Source of the DNA: Geosiphon pyriformis uo1
Taxonomy: Eukaryota > Fungi > Glomeromycota
Assembly: GCA_016748015.1 (NCBI GenBank)
Contig: JAAOMT010000261.1
Coordinates: 384,733-448,732 of the forward strand
Direction: 5' to 3'
Length of the DNA stretch: 64,000 nucleotides
Part shown: positions 23,762-37,400 of the stretch, piece by piece
Position numbering within the stretch: position 1 is the first letter of the stretch
Layout: every line of letters starts with the position of its first letter
Notes under the pieces: model-generated
Databases searched by the model: none
The model's input: only the letters and a program-made list of their open reading frames with translations
What the model was told of the DNA's origin: nothing
Position numbers and translations under genes: made by a program

Positions 23762-24643
23762 TGTTACAGGTGATTATTTGGGATCTCAAGTCAAATAACA
23801 AACTCATAACTTGGTGCTCAAAAGCTATTTGCATTGATGATGATGATCTGAAAGTTTTGGTGCTTTGAAGGTTTTCCAAATGAGTTCTTTATATAATAGA
23901 CAGAGATTCAGTAGTGTTGGTATTTGCAATTTTGTTTCAGTTGTTTCTTAATTTTTTTCTTAGCTTGGTGGCCAGATTTATTCTGCCAGTCATGCCCTTC
24001 TGGTAAGCTATCTATTAATATATATATTATTACCCTTATTTCTGGGTCTTTTACCAGACTATTCATGATGTCAATAACTCAGTGCTTTAATTCTCAATCA
24101 ATTAGTATACAATAATAAAATCAAAGAAAAGAAAATAAAGAAAGAAAGGAAAATAAAAGAAATAAAAAAATAGCCAAGGCAATATGCAAGTTAGTATCCT
24201 GTCAATAGCTGTGATCAAGAGCTATTGTTTCAGTATGGTTAAGTATCAATGTCTATCAACATGAAGTGTTTATAATAGAGAATAGATTGTAATAACAAAT
24301 AGTTATTTTATTAGATGATTGTGAATTGAAAGATTGCTTAGATTAAATCTAAACCAAGAGGTCTGTCTTTTCTACTTCTAATGCTACTGTTATATATACA
24401 TAATTGAGATTTCTCAATTCCTCAATTCTTCTCAACAGAAATCCTGGAATTCTTGGAATCCTGTGATTTTTTCAAGAGAAATCCTGGAATTCTGAAATTC
24501 TGCGATTCTTTGTCAGAGAATCTTAAAATTTCTGGAATCCTGCAATTCCTCTAAGAGGAATTCTGGAATTTCACATTTACTACATCTACTTCTGATTGGC
24601 TAATAACTATGCTAATATGTTTCCTATATTTCTATGAGTAACA
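23762..24643 (-). repeat. 5' LTR of B
   Basis: Direct repeat of 14452-15333. Confidence 0.96.
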
Positions 24644-24789
24644 ATGGACAGACTTTATCTTTTAACTTAGTTTCAGTAATAATCGAAATTAAATTGTTCA
24701 TATCTTATGTCAACAAACAATATTTTCTTGTTTCACAGAATTGTTTATACCCCAAACATTACATATAGCAATTTTCCAAACCAAACTAA

Positions 24790-26725
24790 TCATTGAGATG
24801 AAGAGAGAGCCAACAAACCCAAACCAGAAAACAGACAATCCAATCTTCCCAAAATCGAATTAATTGATGCTTCCAAAGTCATTATTTTTGACTCCAATTT
24901 ACCCATTTTGGTGGTCAAAACCTTAAAACTACTAGAGCTGAAATCAGTCACAAAATCTGAACCAACACTAACACATTATCCAAAACCATATTTAAATCCA
25001 GAATAGAAGCTAAAGAAACAGAGGCAACTGGAGAAGAAACAGAAGGGGAAGCAGTCAAAGGCACCAATTCCACAAAGCTCAACTTTTTTAAAAGAACAGA
25101 AACCTAATTAGACAAAAGCTTCAAAGAGTATTTCAGAACAGCTACATGATCACTCAATCCAGAATTAACAAAAGAAGCAGAACCCAAAAAAAGAGATGCT
25201 ACATCCAAAAGTAAGCCATCACCAGACAAAACTGATAAGATTGCATGAGGAGAAGAACCACCAGCAATTTGAGCCCAAGTTTTAACTCCAAATAAAACAG
25301 GGCACAAAACAGGAGTCTGCTTCTTTTTATATATGTTGGCCAAATGAACCTGATCCTGTAAGGTCACCATATGTCTACCATGTCTACCAAAATTTTTACT
25401 CACTAAACAAATATCAGAGGTATGACCAAATTTTTTACATAAAGCACAGCAAGCTAATAAAAGCTCAGCCCAATGTAAATTCACACCTTTGAAAACAGAA
25501 ACAGATTCGATAGCAGTTAATTTAGATGTTTTATTTGCAAAACACACAATTGCACATCTATTATACACATATGAACTGGAATTATGACCAATGAAGCAAG
25601 TTTTTTTACCATATGAATCTAAACAAACCCAACAAATCATGAACAGTAGTGCCAACTGAAAATATGTACAACAAAGCCTGATATTAATCTCTGAATATCC
25701 ACATTTGTTTATTACTAATAGCTTTTGTTACATAAACAAAATCCTTTCTTATAAAAACAGATCATCTAGCTGCAACCAAATCAGCTATTTCAGATAATTT
25801 ATACTCTATTAAGGTCTTTTGCCACAAACCAATTAATTGTATCTTGACAAATACAATTTTATTAAACTTAGAAAAAACTGATTTTACAGCCAATTTGGGA
25901 AGATCAACTGGGATTTCCTTGATGATCACTTCCCAATCCAATTAGCTATTTACTTTTCTAAGATAATTATTAACAAGAATTTTCTTACAAATTGCCATTT
26001 TCTTAGCCTTATTCAAGCTCAATTCTGAAGTAAATGATAATCTGATAATTTCTGAGAATTTTGAGAAAGCAAAGGCTCTCCCAAAACCATTAATTCAATA
26101 AAAAATTTTTTTTATTGAAATCAATTTGTCACTAATAGTTTTTTCTGGAATAGCCAAAAGCTCAATATTTAATATGAATGATTTTACTGGCTCAAAGTTT
26201 CTCTTATCCAGAACATGTAACTTGATACATGACAGCTGATTGGAACCATTAAACTTAGGGGAAAAAAGCTTCAGAATGTTATCAGCATTACTCATATTAT
26301 TGAAAAAAGGTTTTTTCAGCAGTTGTTTTAAAACATATGTTCTTATTTGTGTCTTTCTTAAAGTTGTGTCATCCATCATATCATTAGTCTTGAAGTCATT
26401 GGAATTCACATAACTCATTTCTTCTGTCACCATGTTGTTTATGTTTTCCAAGTTAGACACTCTATTAATACTAACATTCTCACTTTCTACTTCACTACCC
26501 CAAAACACTTTGCATTCTATATTATCAGCTTGTAAAATATCACCAGAAATAAGACCAGCTAACAAATCTATCACATCACCAGTAATTTCAGAATTCTTAG
26601 ACTTCTTATATAAAGAGCCATGAGTATATGCTCTCAATGTATGTCTTCTTTTTATTATTAGACTGGATCCCCAACCCAGCTGAAATAAAAATAAAATTAC
26701 CAGCAGAGGAACCCACTGGTTCCAT
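24790..26725 (-). pseudogene. L1 ORF1 (RRM-like blocks, CCHC knuckle, coiled coil)
   Basis: CALCKKFGHTSDIC = CX2CX4HX4C; homologous to 44251-46113. Confidence 0.88.
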
Positions 26726-26854
26726 TACAGTAAAAGAGTATGTAAGAAAAGAAATAACTGAAAAGAAACAAAGGATAAAAAGAAAAGAAAAAAGTTATTT
26801 TTCTATTAAAAAACTATGCTTTCATTGTAGTCAGAGGATCAACAAAAAAAAGAT

Positions 26855-27142
26855 GTTTTAATTATAATATTATCTTAATGTTTCTAAAACAAAAAAAATA
26901 AATATTAATAAATTAATAACATTTTTATTAATTATAAAATAAAAAAATAATTTTCTCTCTAATTGATTTATTTTTATAATTATTAAAAAAAAATTTTATG
27001 CTTTAAATATTAATTTGTTAATTATTAAAAAAAACTATAAAAAAAATATAAATAATTTTAAAATTTTAAAATTATTATATTTATATTTATTTCTTAATTT
27101 AATCAAAGCTATAATCTTAAATAAAAGTATTTTAATAAACAA
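26855..27142. other. Near-pure A/T spacer
   Basis: Base composition. Confidence 0.8.
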
Positions 27143-27275
27143 TTTTTTATTTATTTAATTTAATGAATGAGATCCAAATACCACCTAGTATAATACATCA
27201 TACAATTGATCTAAACTGGGTGTGAATCATGTATTTTCTACACGTGACCAGCCACTCAGACTAGTCAGAACAACA

Positions 27276-30200
27276 TTAGGCACTTATGTGTATTGAAACC
27301 ATGTTACCTATACCTGAAAAGAATAAACAAGATTTATGAAATCCAAAACTAACACTAAATGCATCTACAATACCCAACAACCTAATCACACTAACCAAAA
27401 GTACCGAAAGAAGACCAGAAATTGAAACAGAAACAGAACCATCACACAGGATCAAGCCACCTTTCTCTATAACAGCCCAGTGCTTAACATGTACTAGCCA
27501 AACATCATTACAAAACACAAAACAAAACTCATGCACAAAGGCCATGATATTCTGAGCTGCAATCTTAGAGTCTTTAAAAACAGCAACAGATTCATGATAC
27601 CACTCCTTGAAAACAAAGCCCTTACACAGAGCTGTATCAATACCAACATTGAAGACACAAGTAGAAAGCAACCATAAAACACACAAAGAAGAGTGAGATA
27701 AATCCAAGCATGTTTTCCAAGCAGATGCATGAACTTCCACCAACCAAGCACAACTAGCAGCATCAAATGGACAAAAAAACACATGGTTTGAGACCTTTAT
27801 ATTGTCACAGAATAGACATATTACACTAGGGTAACTCCTGTTATAAAGATGCTTACGTATAACAACTAGAAGACAATGATACAATGCCTTCATAAAATAT
27901 ATCTGAAAGCCAACAGTCTGAGTACTAGTAAAACCAGCAGCCAAATGAAAGTCCAGATGCCACACCAAAGAAGATTTAGACCAATCAACATCAGCATGCA
28001 AGCTGTCTATCAAGACCCGAAAACCAGAACCAACCTCTCAGCATACATGGTGAACTAATCAGAAAACACCACGAACAAAATGCCTAGAATTACCAGACAC
28101 TGCAGTACCACCAGCTCTAAGAAAATGTTCATCAATTATGTGAGGAAGACACATATTAGAAAGCACAATAGCTCCAGTGAAAACATCAGCATTCTCATTG
28201 CCCAAAACACCAAAATAATCCTTAACTTTAATTCAATTAACTACCAAATTCTTGCAATGAATAACATTAGCAATGTGGTGATGCTCAATCCAACACTGAT
28301 TTCTGAAATCTGGATGAATCATTATGGATTCAGATTTGCATACATCCAAAGCAGCCTGGCTGTCCAAAAACAAGTTGACCGAACAAGAAAGAGGAATACA
28401 CTCGAGAGCCAGAGCAATGGTTTGCAACTCCCTTATAGTAAAAAAAACCAATCTGGACACTCCCACACCCAAACTCAAATCAATGTTTTCAAAAAAAACA
28501 GCAGCACCAGCTTTTATACCAAAAGTACCCAGTCTACTTAGAGAACTATCTGTAAACAAAGAAAGATGACCTGAATCAACTCCCAACAGATGACTGCATA
28601 CAACTTTAAACTTGTGAGACTCAAAAACATTAGACAAACCAATATTTAGCAACAGAAGATTGCAAACAGAAGATGATCCAGAACCATTTAGAAAGCAAAC
28701 ACAAACATCAAACCAATGAAAAACTGGGCCCCGAGGGTCCAATTTCTTCCACTGCTTAAAAGTCCTCTATTCAAAAACAGAACCAATATGATTGCAAAGC
28801 TGCTCAACAAAAACAATTCTATAACACTAAAGTGAAGAGACATATTTGTAAAAAGTGGGCTCACCAAAAATGACAGACATAAGGGTTCCATTTTGAAAAC
28901 AAAAAGCATTGGTCATAAGACCACTCAGAGAAAGGTCGCACCCCAAAAAAATCTGGACAACTCTAGCCAAAAAATTATCTAAAGGATTGATATTAATACA
29001 AGAAGGGAAAAGCAGGGGGTGGTGAGGGCACCAGTTGAGGATCTGCAAGTCATGTGATCTATGTGCAAACAAACAGCCCAAGATACCAACAGAATTGGCA
29101 AAACTAACAATAGAAGCTGTTCAAAAGACTTTAAACTATACAGAGAAGGATGGTAAATAGCATTATTGAGAAAGTTGAACAGTAGGCCAGATTTGGATTT
29201 TAAACCCTTGTGAATCATAGTGTTCCACTTTGCACACACATTAATAGAAACAAAATTGAACTGAATCCTGTAAGCAACAATAGGGTAAAGAACTGCCAAT
29301 ACTAAATACAAGAACTGCTTGTTAGTGACAACCTTTCTTAGCACAAGATTGGTGAAAAACTGGACATTCAGATGAGCTTTAGCCAAGCTAGGCTTCAACA
29401 AACTCTCAGTAGACAGAAAAATGCCCAGATACTGATGAGACTCTCCCTTCTTAGCTATCAAAATAGGCAAACCACAGATTAGCAAACAAGGGTTAGAAAC
29501 TCTGCAATTAATGGGAATGACCACCATCTTGTCATTATTGATCAAAATATTATTAATCCAAAAAAATTCACTAGCAATATTGAGAATATGTTGCATAGCA
29601 GCCTGGTTGCTACCAATCCAAATTGTGTTATTGACAAAAGCACCTGCAGCAAGAAAAAAAGTCAAACCAGCCCGAAATTCAAAGCAACCATTCCTGGTCA
29701 CAAAACAAGAGTCCAATCTGTATCCACACACACTTTCTTGTCTCTTGACTTCACACAAAAGAGGATCATAAAATATGTGCCAAAAAAGAGAAGAAAATAC
29801 TTCCCCTTGGTCCAAACCATCATGCATCTAATATCTATTAGTTAACCCAAAATCTGTTATAACTTTGTTGACCCAACCATTGTAAATGTTACCAAAAAAC
29901 CAAATGAACCTGTTACACATCCTTATCCTGGCTAAATTCTTCCTTAGATGTTTTCAGCCAACAGAATTATAAGCCTTTTACATGTCTTGCAAAACCAGTC
30001 ACAGCTTATGGTTTTTTTTCAAGGCATCTTTAATAACTGATCCAATAGTAAAAATAGAAGACTGTATGGTTGTACTTTTTAAAACAGAAAAATTATCCTC
30101 TCTTAGAACATTAAACTTACTGCACACAAAAAAAATTCTGTCCAAAAAAATTTTGGAAAGGATTTTACAAGTCATCTCAATCAAAGCAATAGAATAGGTG

Positions 30201-31942
30201 TTTGTGAAAACACCCTCCCATTCATACGGTTTGGAAATCATCAACATCCAAGCCTCTTTCCAAGACCCAAAAACAGATTTACAATCCAAGCAAAGATTCA
30301 AAAGCACCAAAAGCATATCCAAAACTGATCTGTCACAATGTTTCTATAACTCATTTGAGATACCAGAGAGATCAGTCACTTTTCTATCAGGCAGATTTAA
30401 GATGACATCAGACATTTCATCAAAGTCAATTGAGCACATTACACCAGAAAAAGCATCATTAAAAACATGCTCCAAAGACTAATATTGGTAACACCATATA
30501 CCAGGGACATCAGAAACCACATTGTGTTTTTTAGTCCATTCTTTCATGATCACATTTACCTTGGATCTAACCAAATCAGATTCCAAAATCAATTTATCAT
30601 CCATGACCAGATGGTCCAAAGTCACTTTGCAGAAAGGATATTCTAGCACACTCCTAATAGTATAATTCTTGTTCAATTCAAAACTTTCTATTCTCTTATC
30701 TATTGCCAACCTAATACTAAATTCCCTAACACATTCCGCTTCTGACATTTTGGAGAAGCTATATAATTTTCTAACTTTGGACAAAATTGACCAAATGATG
30801 TCAAAATAAGAACCTGACAGAAAAAAAAACTTCACCACAGAAGCATTAACTAAATTCAAACTCTTCTACTTGTCAAGCAAGAATGTAAATTCTCCAAAAG
30901 AATCCAAACAAGATGTCTTAACTAACTTCAACACTAAGAGCTCTAGCTTGTAAAACTTAGATGACTTCTTAACAAAAACATAATCATAGTCCTTGAACCA
31001 TTTCCTCTTAAAAACTGCCTCAGCTGACAGACATAATACTCTACAGAGAGTAACCCACATTGCATCCAAGTCCAAGTGCATTCTGGCCACAAGAAAATTA
31101 TCATGGAACATAACAGCATTTACTGCCATATCATCCTTAAATTTGGCCCATTTAATATTATCCACATCTTTGCAATTGTACTTCCAATGATCCTTATTTG
31201 CCTGTTTGCAAACAGAGTTTAATTGAACATTGAGTAAACCATTTAAATCTACCAATACTGAGACAGTCTGATGATCAGTATCAAAGTATTTCCCAACACC
31301 AAACACACCATGATTTACCACTACATTGACCAAGTTCAAAGAAATAAGCACATAATTAATTGTCTTAACCATGTCTCTAGAATTGGACCAGATTGGTGAC
31401 TTTTTACAAAAGCTTCTATCCAAGGCATTAACCAAACCAAAATCCAGGTATTTTTTGAAACTTGCATACTTATGAGAACCATTTTCATTAAAATCACCTC
31501 CAAAAATGACAAAAAAAAATTCATTAACAGTCTTTGCTATAAGAGAGTTGATATTGCCAGCTTGAGAAAACCAAGCCACCAAAGAGGCACCAGCGTACAG
31601 CCCCAAAATTGACACTGAAAGTTTATTTTTGAAAAACAACTTGATAGACAGGAGCTGACCAGGCACTTCTGAAATTTTACACACATGTCTTGCCAAAAAA
31701 GAGTTCATGACAACTACAACACCAGCACCCAGATAACCAGATTCTAAACCAGAGGTAAACACCCACATACCATCAAATTTGTTAACAATCCAAGGGCAAA
31801 TTTTCTCTTTTAACTTTGATTCCATAAAAATAAAAACTAAATTGTCCTTTTCTTTATGTTACCAAATAATATCATCCTGTTTTGCAGGATTGTTCATTCC
31901 TTTAACATTACAAGTTGCAACTTTCCAGATTATATTACTCAT
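27276..31942 (-). pseudogene. L2 ORF2 (APE-RT-RNase H-CCHC)
   Basis: WKVATCNVKG, GGDFN, FDTDHQ, GLDQGEVFS, LFTDSSL..ELQ..LDSQ, CLFC..NHVFFC. Confidence 0.93.
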
Positions 31943-33740
31943 TGAGAAGAAGGAGGAGTAGAGACCAAACCAGAATTGTCCATTTTAGCCGAAAAACTCA
32001 TAATTGTGATCGAAAGGTTGTTTAATGTTTTCTCCATTTTTGAGATAATTGAAAGATCAAAAACCACCACTTCTATAACAGTCTTACCACTAGTGGTCAC
32101 ACTTGAACCCTTATTCATTACTATATCTGCCTCTTGATTTTGTGATGAAGAGGTTACTAATGGCTGATGTTCAGAGCTAAGCTGAGAAACCATTGGCTCA
32201 AGTGTGTCCAACCTCTTAGCTAGCATGTTAACATGCTCTGCGAGGTTGGTGAGACTGTGCTCAAGAGCAGCAAATCTATCATTCAATTCCAAAAACACCA
32301 GTGGAGTAGGCTTTATTTTCAAAGAGGAACCAGCTTTCAACAAAATATTCTGACCAGAAAGAAAAGAGAAAAAAAACCCATCAGCAATTTGTGCCCATGA
32401 GACACCACCAAAAGAAACAGGATGGGCAACTGGAGCCAAGCATTTGGCATATATGACAGCCAGCCTACTTTTATCCGAGTTTGAAAGAGTTTTCCATAAT
32501 AAAGCACCAGAAGAAACATTCTTTTTCCCACCAGCAGAACAAGTCAATAATGTATGGGCCAATTTCTCACATCCAGCATACTTGGCCAAAACAAGACAAG
32601 ACCAGTGCAGATTGGCCCATTTTAAAACAGATGTGGTTTCTATGACAGCATCCAATGATTCAGCAGAATCAAAACAAACAGTAGTGCATCTGGTCCAGGC
32701 ATAAGAAACCAGATAACAGTCAATTACACAAGTTTTCCCACCCACTGAAGCAACATAATCTCAAATATTATGTGTATTAGTTCCCATTGGTAGAGTGTAC
32801 AAAAAAGCTTTGTAAATATCTTGCACATTTCATAATTTTTTGTCCATGTCAGATTTACTGCATCTTTCCCAATCAGAATAGACCATTTTGCTGTGACCAA
32901 ATTAGCATGATCAATCTGTTCAAATTCAACCACTCTTTTTGCCACAGCTCCACCAACTGCATTTTGAATGACTTAATTAATCCAAACTTGGATAGCACAG
33001 CATGCACAGCCTCTGTTGATGTTTCAATTGGAATTTTCTTCAATACCACAGCCCAATTTGAATGTCCAGATGATTTTTTGAGATCGGTGTTTACCAAGAT
33101 CTTTGCTTCTTTAGCCTTTTTTGAAACCTGCACCAAACTCAATTCAGAAGTAAATGTCACTCTGATGATCCCAGCAAATTTCAAGAGGGTAGAGGCCCCC
33201 CCAAAACCATTGATTTTAGAAAATAACTTTCTGATTACCATAAGCTTTTTCTGAGCAGATTTCCCAATGACATTGTTCAAACTGATGTCCAGAGTAAAAG
33301 ATTTTTTAACAGAAACATTGACCAAGTTTTTCAAAGAGGAGGGGAGAACCACAGATTTGTCCAAGAGAATATCATCATTATTATTGCTCAAAAAGTCAAT
33401 CTTCCCTAGTGGCTTACTCAGCACTCTTTTGGTCAGAATTTTCAAACTCTTAGGAGTTTGTTCCAAGTCTCCACCAGCAAGAATGCCACTTTTTCCATAA
33501 TCAAAGCTAGTTTTCTCAACCAAAAATTCTTCTTCTATGTCCACATTATCTGATTCAGTAGTGTCACCTGTCTCAAAACCCTATGAATAACCACTTGGCA
33601 CCTTAGCAGCAGCAAATTTTCTATTATCTATATTATCCTCTAAAGCACCACCCTTTCTCTTCTTTCTAGATTCAGCAGATTTTACACCAATATTGAAACC
33701 AGACTCCATAATAGACTTGGTCAAAATGGCAATACTAGGG
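31939..33740 (-). pseudogene. L2 ORF1
   Basis: Homologous to 44251-46113 (KSFTLDI..VIRKLFS.INGFGGA); degenerate knuckle; start approximate. Confidence 0.88.
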
Positions 33741-33865
33741 CCAACAGTGGCCTTATAATTAAGCAGAAACAGTTTGGATTTAACAGACTGAATGATAAAA
33801 AAAAAACTTCTTTCAAAAAATACTTTGGCTCTTTTTTGAGAATTTGGAATGAACAAGAGAAAGAA

Positions 33866-34354
33866 GTTTTTATGTATTAATATTGTTTTTAAACAATAAT
33901 CTTAAAAAATTAGATATTTATTTAATTTAAATTATAATTATTAAAAAAAAATTTTTATTATTATGTTATTATAAAATATAATTTAATTATTAATTTTAAT
34001 ATAAAATACTAAAATTTTTAAAAAACCACAACTTATATATTTGGCTACATATAATTAATTATCCAAGTTAATCAAGATTATATTATGTAATATTTATAAT
34101 AATATTTAATCTATTATTAAAAAAACAATAAACTATATAATTAGCTATATTAAAAAAAAATTCCAAATTTTTAACTTTATATAAGACAAATAATTCAATC
34201 CAAAAAAAAATTTTTATAAATATTTAAAAAAAAATTGTTTTAATTTTATTTAAATTTAATAAAATTATATTAATTTAATTATAATTAATTAAATTATAAT
34301 AAAAAACTTTAATAAAATTTGCCAAATTAAATTTTGGTTTTTAAGTAATTAATA
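33866..34354. other. Near-pure A/T spacer
   Basis: Base composition. Confidence 0.8.
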
Positions 34355-34494
34355 TTTTTTTATTATTATTATTATTATTTAATGAATAAGGTCCAAATAC
34401 TATCTAGTATTATACATCAAAGAAATAATCTAAACTAGGCATAAATTATGCATTTTCTATATGTGACTAGTCACTCAAACCAATCAAAACAACA

Positions 34495-37400
34495 CTATGC
34501 AGTTATATGAACTGAGACTGAATCACTTATACCTAAGAAAAATAAACAAGATTTGCAGAACCCAAAATGAACATCAATAGTCTTAGTAATGCCAAGCAAT
34601 TTGACTACACCAGCTAATAATCTCAATATTAAACCAAAAATTAACACAAGAGCCAAACCATCCAATGAAATCAATCTGGCTTTTTTCATATAGGCACAAT
34701 GTTTAGCACAAACCATCCAAATATTATTCCTAAAGACAAAGCCAAGAGAGTGCATAAATTTGACAATCTTTGAACTGGCAATCTTGAAATCATGAAAGAC
34801 AAAAATGGTCTCACAAAACCAACCATCAAAAACAAAACCTTTATAAAAAGTTATAGACACAGAAAAATCAGAAACACAAGATGACAACAGTTGCAGCACA
34901 CTTAAAAAGGAGTAAGAGAAACCAGAAAGAGCTTTTCATGAAGTCACATAAAATGCCAATATTTGATGCCTAGCAAAATCATTGACCTCACAAAAAAACA
35001 CATAATCCAATACCTTCATATTACCACAATACAAACACAACACACTAAGATAATGTTTGTTATAAAGACATTTTCGAATGACAACAGGCAGCTAATGATG
35101 CAAGGTTTTCATAAAATAAGTGTGTGCACTAGCCAAGGGCTTGCTGGTAAAACCAACGGCCATGTGTAAATTAAGATGCCACACCAGTGACGAGCAGAGT
35201 CAATTGACCTCAAAAAGCAAATTACCTGTCAAAAACTTGAAACCAGAACTAATCTTCCAGCATGCATGACAAACAAAATGATAATATCATGTATAAAATG
35301 TTTAGAATTACCAGAAATATTACTGCCATCAGCCACTATGAAATGTTCATCCAAGTGAGGAGGAAGACACCAACTAGAGAGAAAGACAGCACCAGCAATC
35401 ACATTAGCATGCTCATTTTCTGAAATGCCAGAATGACCCTTTACTTTGTACTAATTAACTCTTAAATTCTTACTACAAATAACATTAACAACATAATGAT
35501 GCTCAACTCAGCACTAATTGCAAAAGTCAGAACACACCAAACCCAATTCTGACTTACAAGCATCCAAAGCAGATTGACTATCCAAAAACAAGTAAACAGA
35601 GCTAGACATAAGAATACACTCCAGAAACAATGCAATAGCCTGTAATTCTGCCATAGTTGATAACATCAAACCTGATACACCAATACCCAAACTCAAATTA
35701 ATGTCCTCGAAAAAAGCAGCAGCACTAGCTTTACAACCAACTATGCCCAAATCCTTCAAAGATCTATCTGTATACACAAATAAACTACTAGAACCAACTC
35801 AAAAAAAATGGTCACAAACAGATGCAAAATCACTAGAATTAAGAATGTTCAAAAAACCAACTTTACTTAAAACCAAGGAATGAGCAGAAGAGGGAGCCAT
35901 ACCATTGAGAAATGTTGCAGAAATCTTGAACTACTTAGGAACAAGGCCATGGGAGTTCAGCCTCTTCTACTGCCTGAAAGTACACCAGTTAAAAACAGCA
36001 CCATAACTATTCCAAAGTTGATCCACAAAAGCTACATCATACTAACAGAGAGAGAGAAGAAACTTGAGAAATCTTGACTTACTCAGAACAGCAGACATAA
36101 GAATCCCACTACAAAACCAAAAGAAACTGGCCAAAAAGCCACCTAAAGATAAATTGCAATTAAGAAGAATATGAATCATGCCTATCAGAAAGTTATTTGA
36201 AGCACTAACACATACATGGACAGGAGAGCTCAATAGATAAACAGAGCACCAACACAAAACTTGTAAGTCATGAAATCTGTGAGAAAATAAGTAACCCAAG
36301 ATTCCATCAAAGTTCACAAAATTAACAAGGGAAGCAACTTTACTCTCAAACTGAACTTGTAAGAAAGATTTCAAACCATAAAAGAAGAGGTAATGAATTG
36401 TGTTACTAGAAAAGTCAAGTAGTAGACCAGATTTAAGTTTCAAGTCCTTACAGCATCCCACTTGTTACACATACCAACAGAAACAAAGCTGAATTGTGTT
36501 CTATAGCTGACTATAGAATGGAAAACTGCTAATACCTAATACAAAAGCTGCTTATCCAAAATAGCCTTTCTTAGGATCAGATTGGTGAAAAAACAAACAT
36601 CTGAATTTGCCTTAGCCAAACTAGACTTTGAGAGATTTTTAGTTAAAAAAAAATACCCAAATACCAATGAGACTCACTCTTTTTGGCAATAGAGATCAGT
36701 GATCTACTAATAGAGAGAGAAGAATTACTGACTCTGCTATTGATGGAAATGACCACCATTTTGTCATTATTAATTGAAATGTCTTTGATCTGAAAGAATT
36801 TGCTAGTAATATTGAGAATATGTTGAATAGTACTCTGACTGCTACCAACCTAAATTGTATCATCAACGAAAGTACCAGCAGCAAAAAAAGAAAAAAGCCC
36901 AGCCTGAAACTTAGCATAACCACTTTTGGAAATAAAATGAAAATTCAACTTATACTTACACATACTTTTTTGACACTTGACTTCACACAATAAAAAATCA
37001 TAAAATACGTGCCACAGAAAGGGGGAAAAATATCTCTTCTTGGTCCAGACCATCATGCACACAATAACCACTCATTAAACCAAAATCTGTTATAACATGG
37101 TTGGTGCAATCCTCATAAATACTACTGAAAAATTGAATAAACTTGCCGCACATTTTGATCCTGACCAAACTTCTCTTAAGATGCTTCCAGCCAACCAAAT
37201 CATATGCCTTCTGCATGTCTTGCAAAACTAACCAAAGCTTCTAGTCTTTTTCTAAAGCATCCTTAATAACTGAACCAATAGTGAAAATGAAAGACTGAGT
37301 CATTATACTCTTTAAAACCGAAAAATTGTCCCCATAAAGAACATCAAAAGTGTTGCATGCCAAAGAAATTCTGTCAGAAAGAATCTTGAAAAGAATTTTA

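Larger units (their letters stand above)
14452..24643 (-). mobile_element. Ty3/Gypsy family B element, full length (Gag-PR-Cys-rich-dUTPase-RT-RH-IN-ORF3), decayed
   Basis: Two 882-bp LTRs (TGTTAC...GTAACA), PBS, PPT, RT-RH-IN order, 4-bp TSD ACAG/ATGG. Confidence 0.96.
2822..26854 (-). mobile_element. LINE copy L1, full length but split by two Gypsy insertions (pieces 2822-4146, 11099-14451, 24644-26854)
   Basis: The ORF2 frame rejoins across both insertions once a 4-bp TSD is removed (DINLGLGV*VSG; DKVCP*IANK). The conserved 3' UTR and 5' motif are present. Confidence 0.92.
27143..33865 (-). mobile_element. LINE copy L2, full length
   Basis: 5' motif, ORF1, ORF2 and conserved 3' UTR are all present. 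Confidence 0.93.

Noticed and set aside
24440-24572. Heat-shock elements in the B LTR
   Set aside because: Only isolated TTCnnGAA units occur, with no clear array of three alternating nGAAn.
27143-33885. Possible LINE TSDs (e.g. TTTTTATTTATTTAAT vs TTTTTATGTATTAAT)
   Set aside because: Matches in near-pure A/T sequence are expected by chance and cannot be supported by eye.
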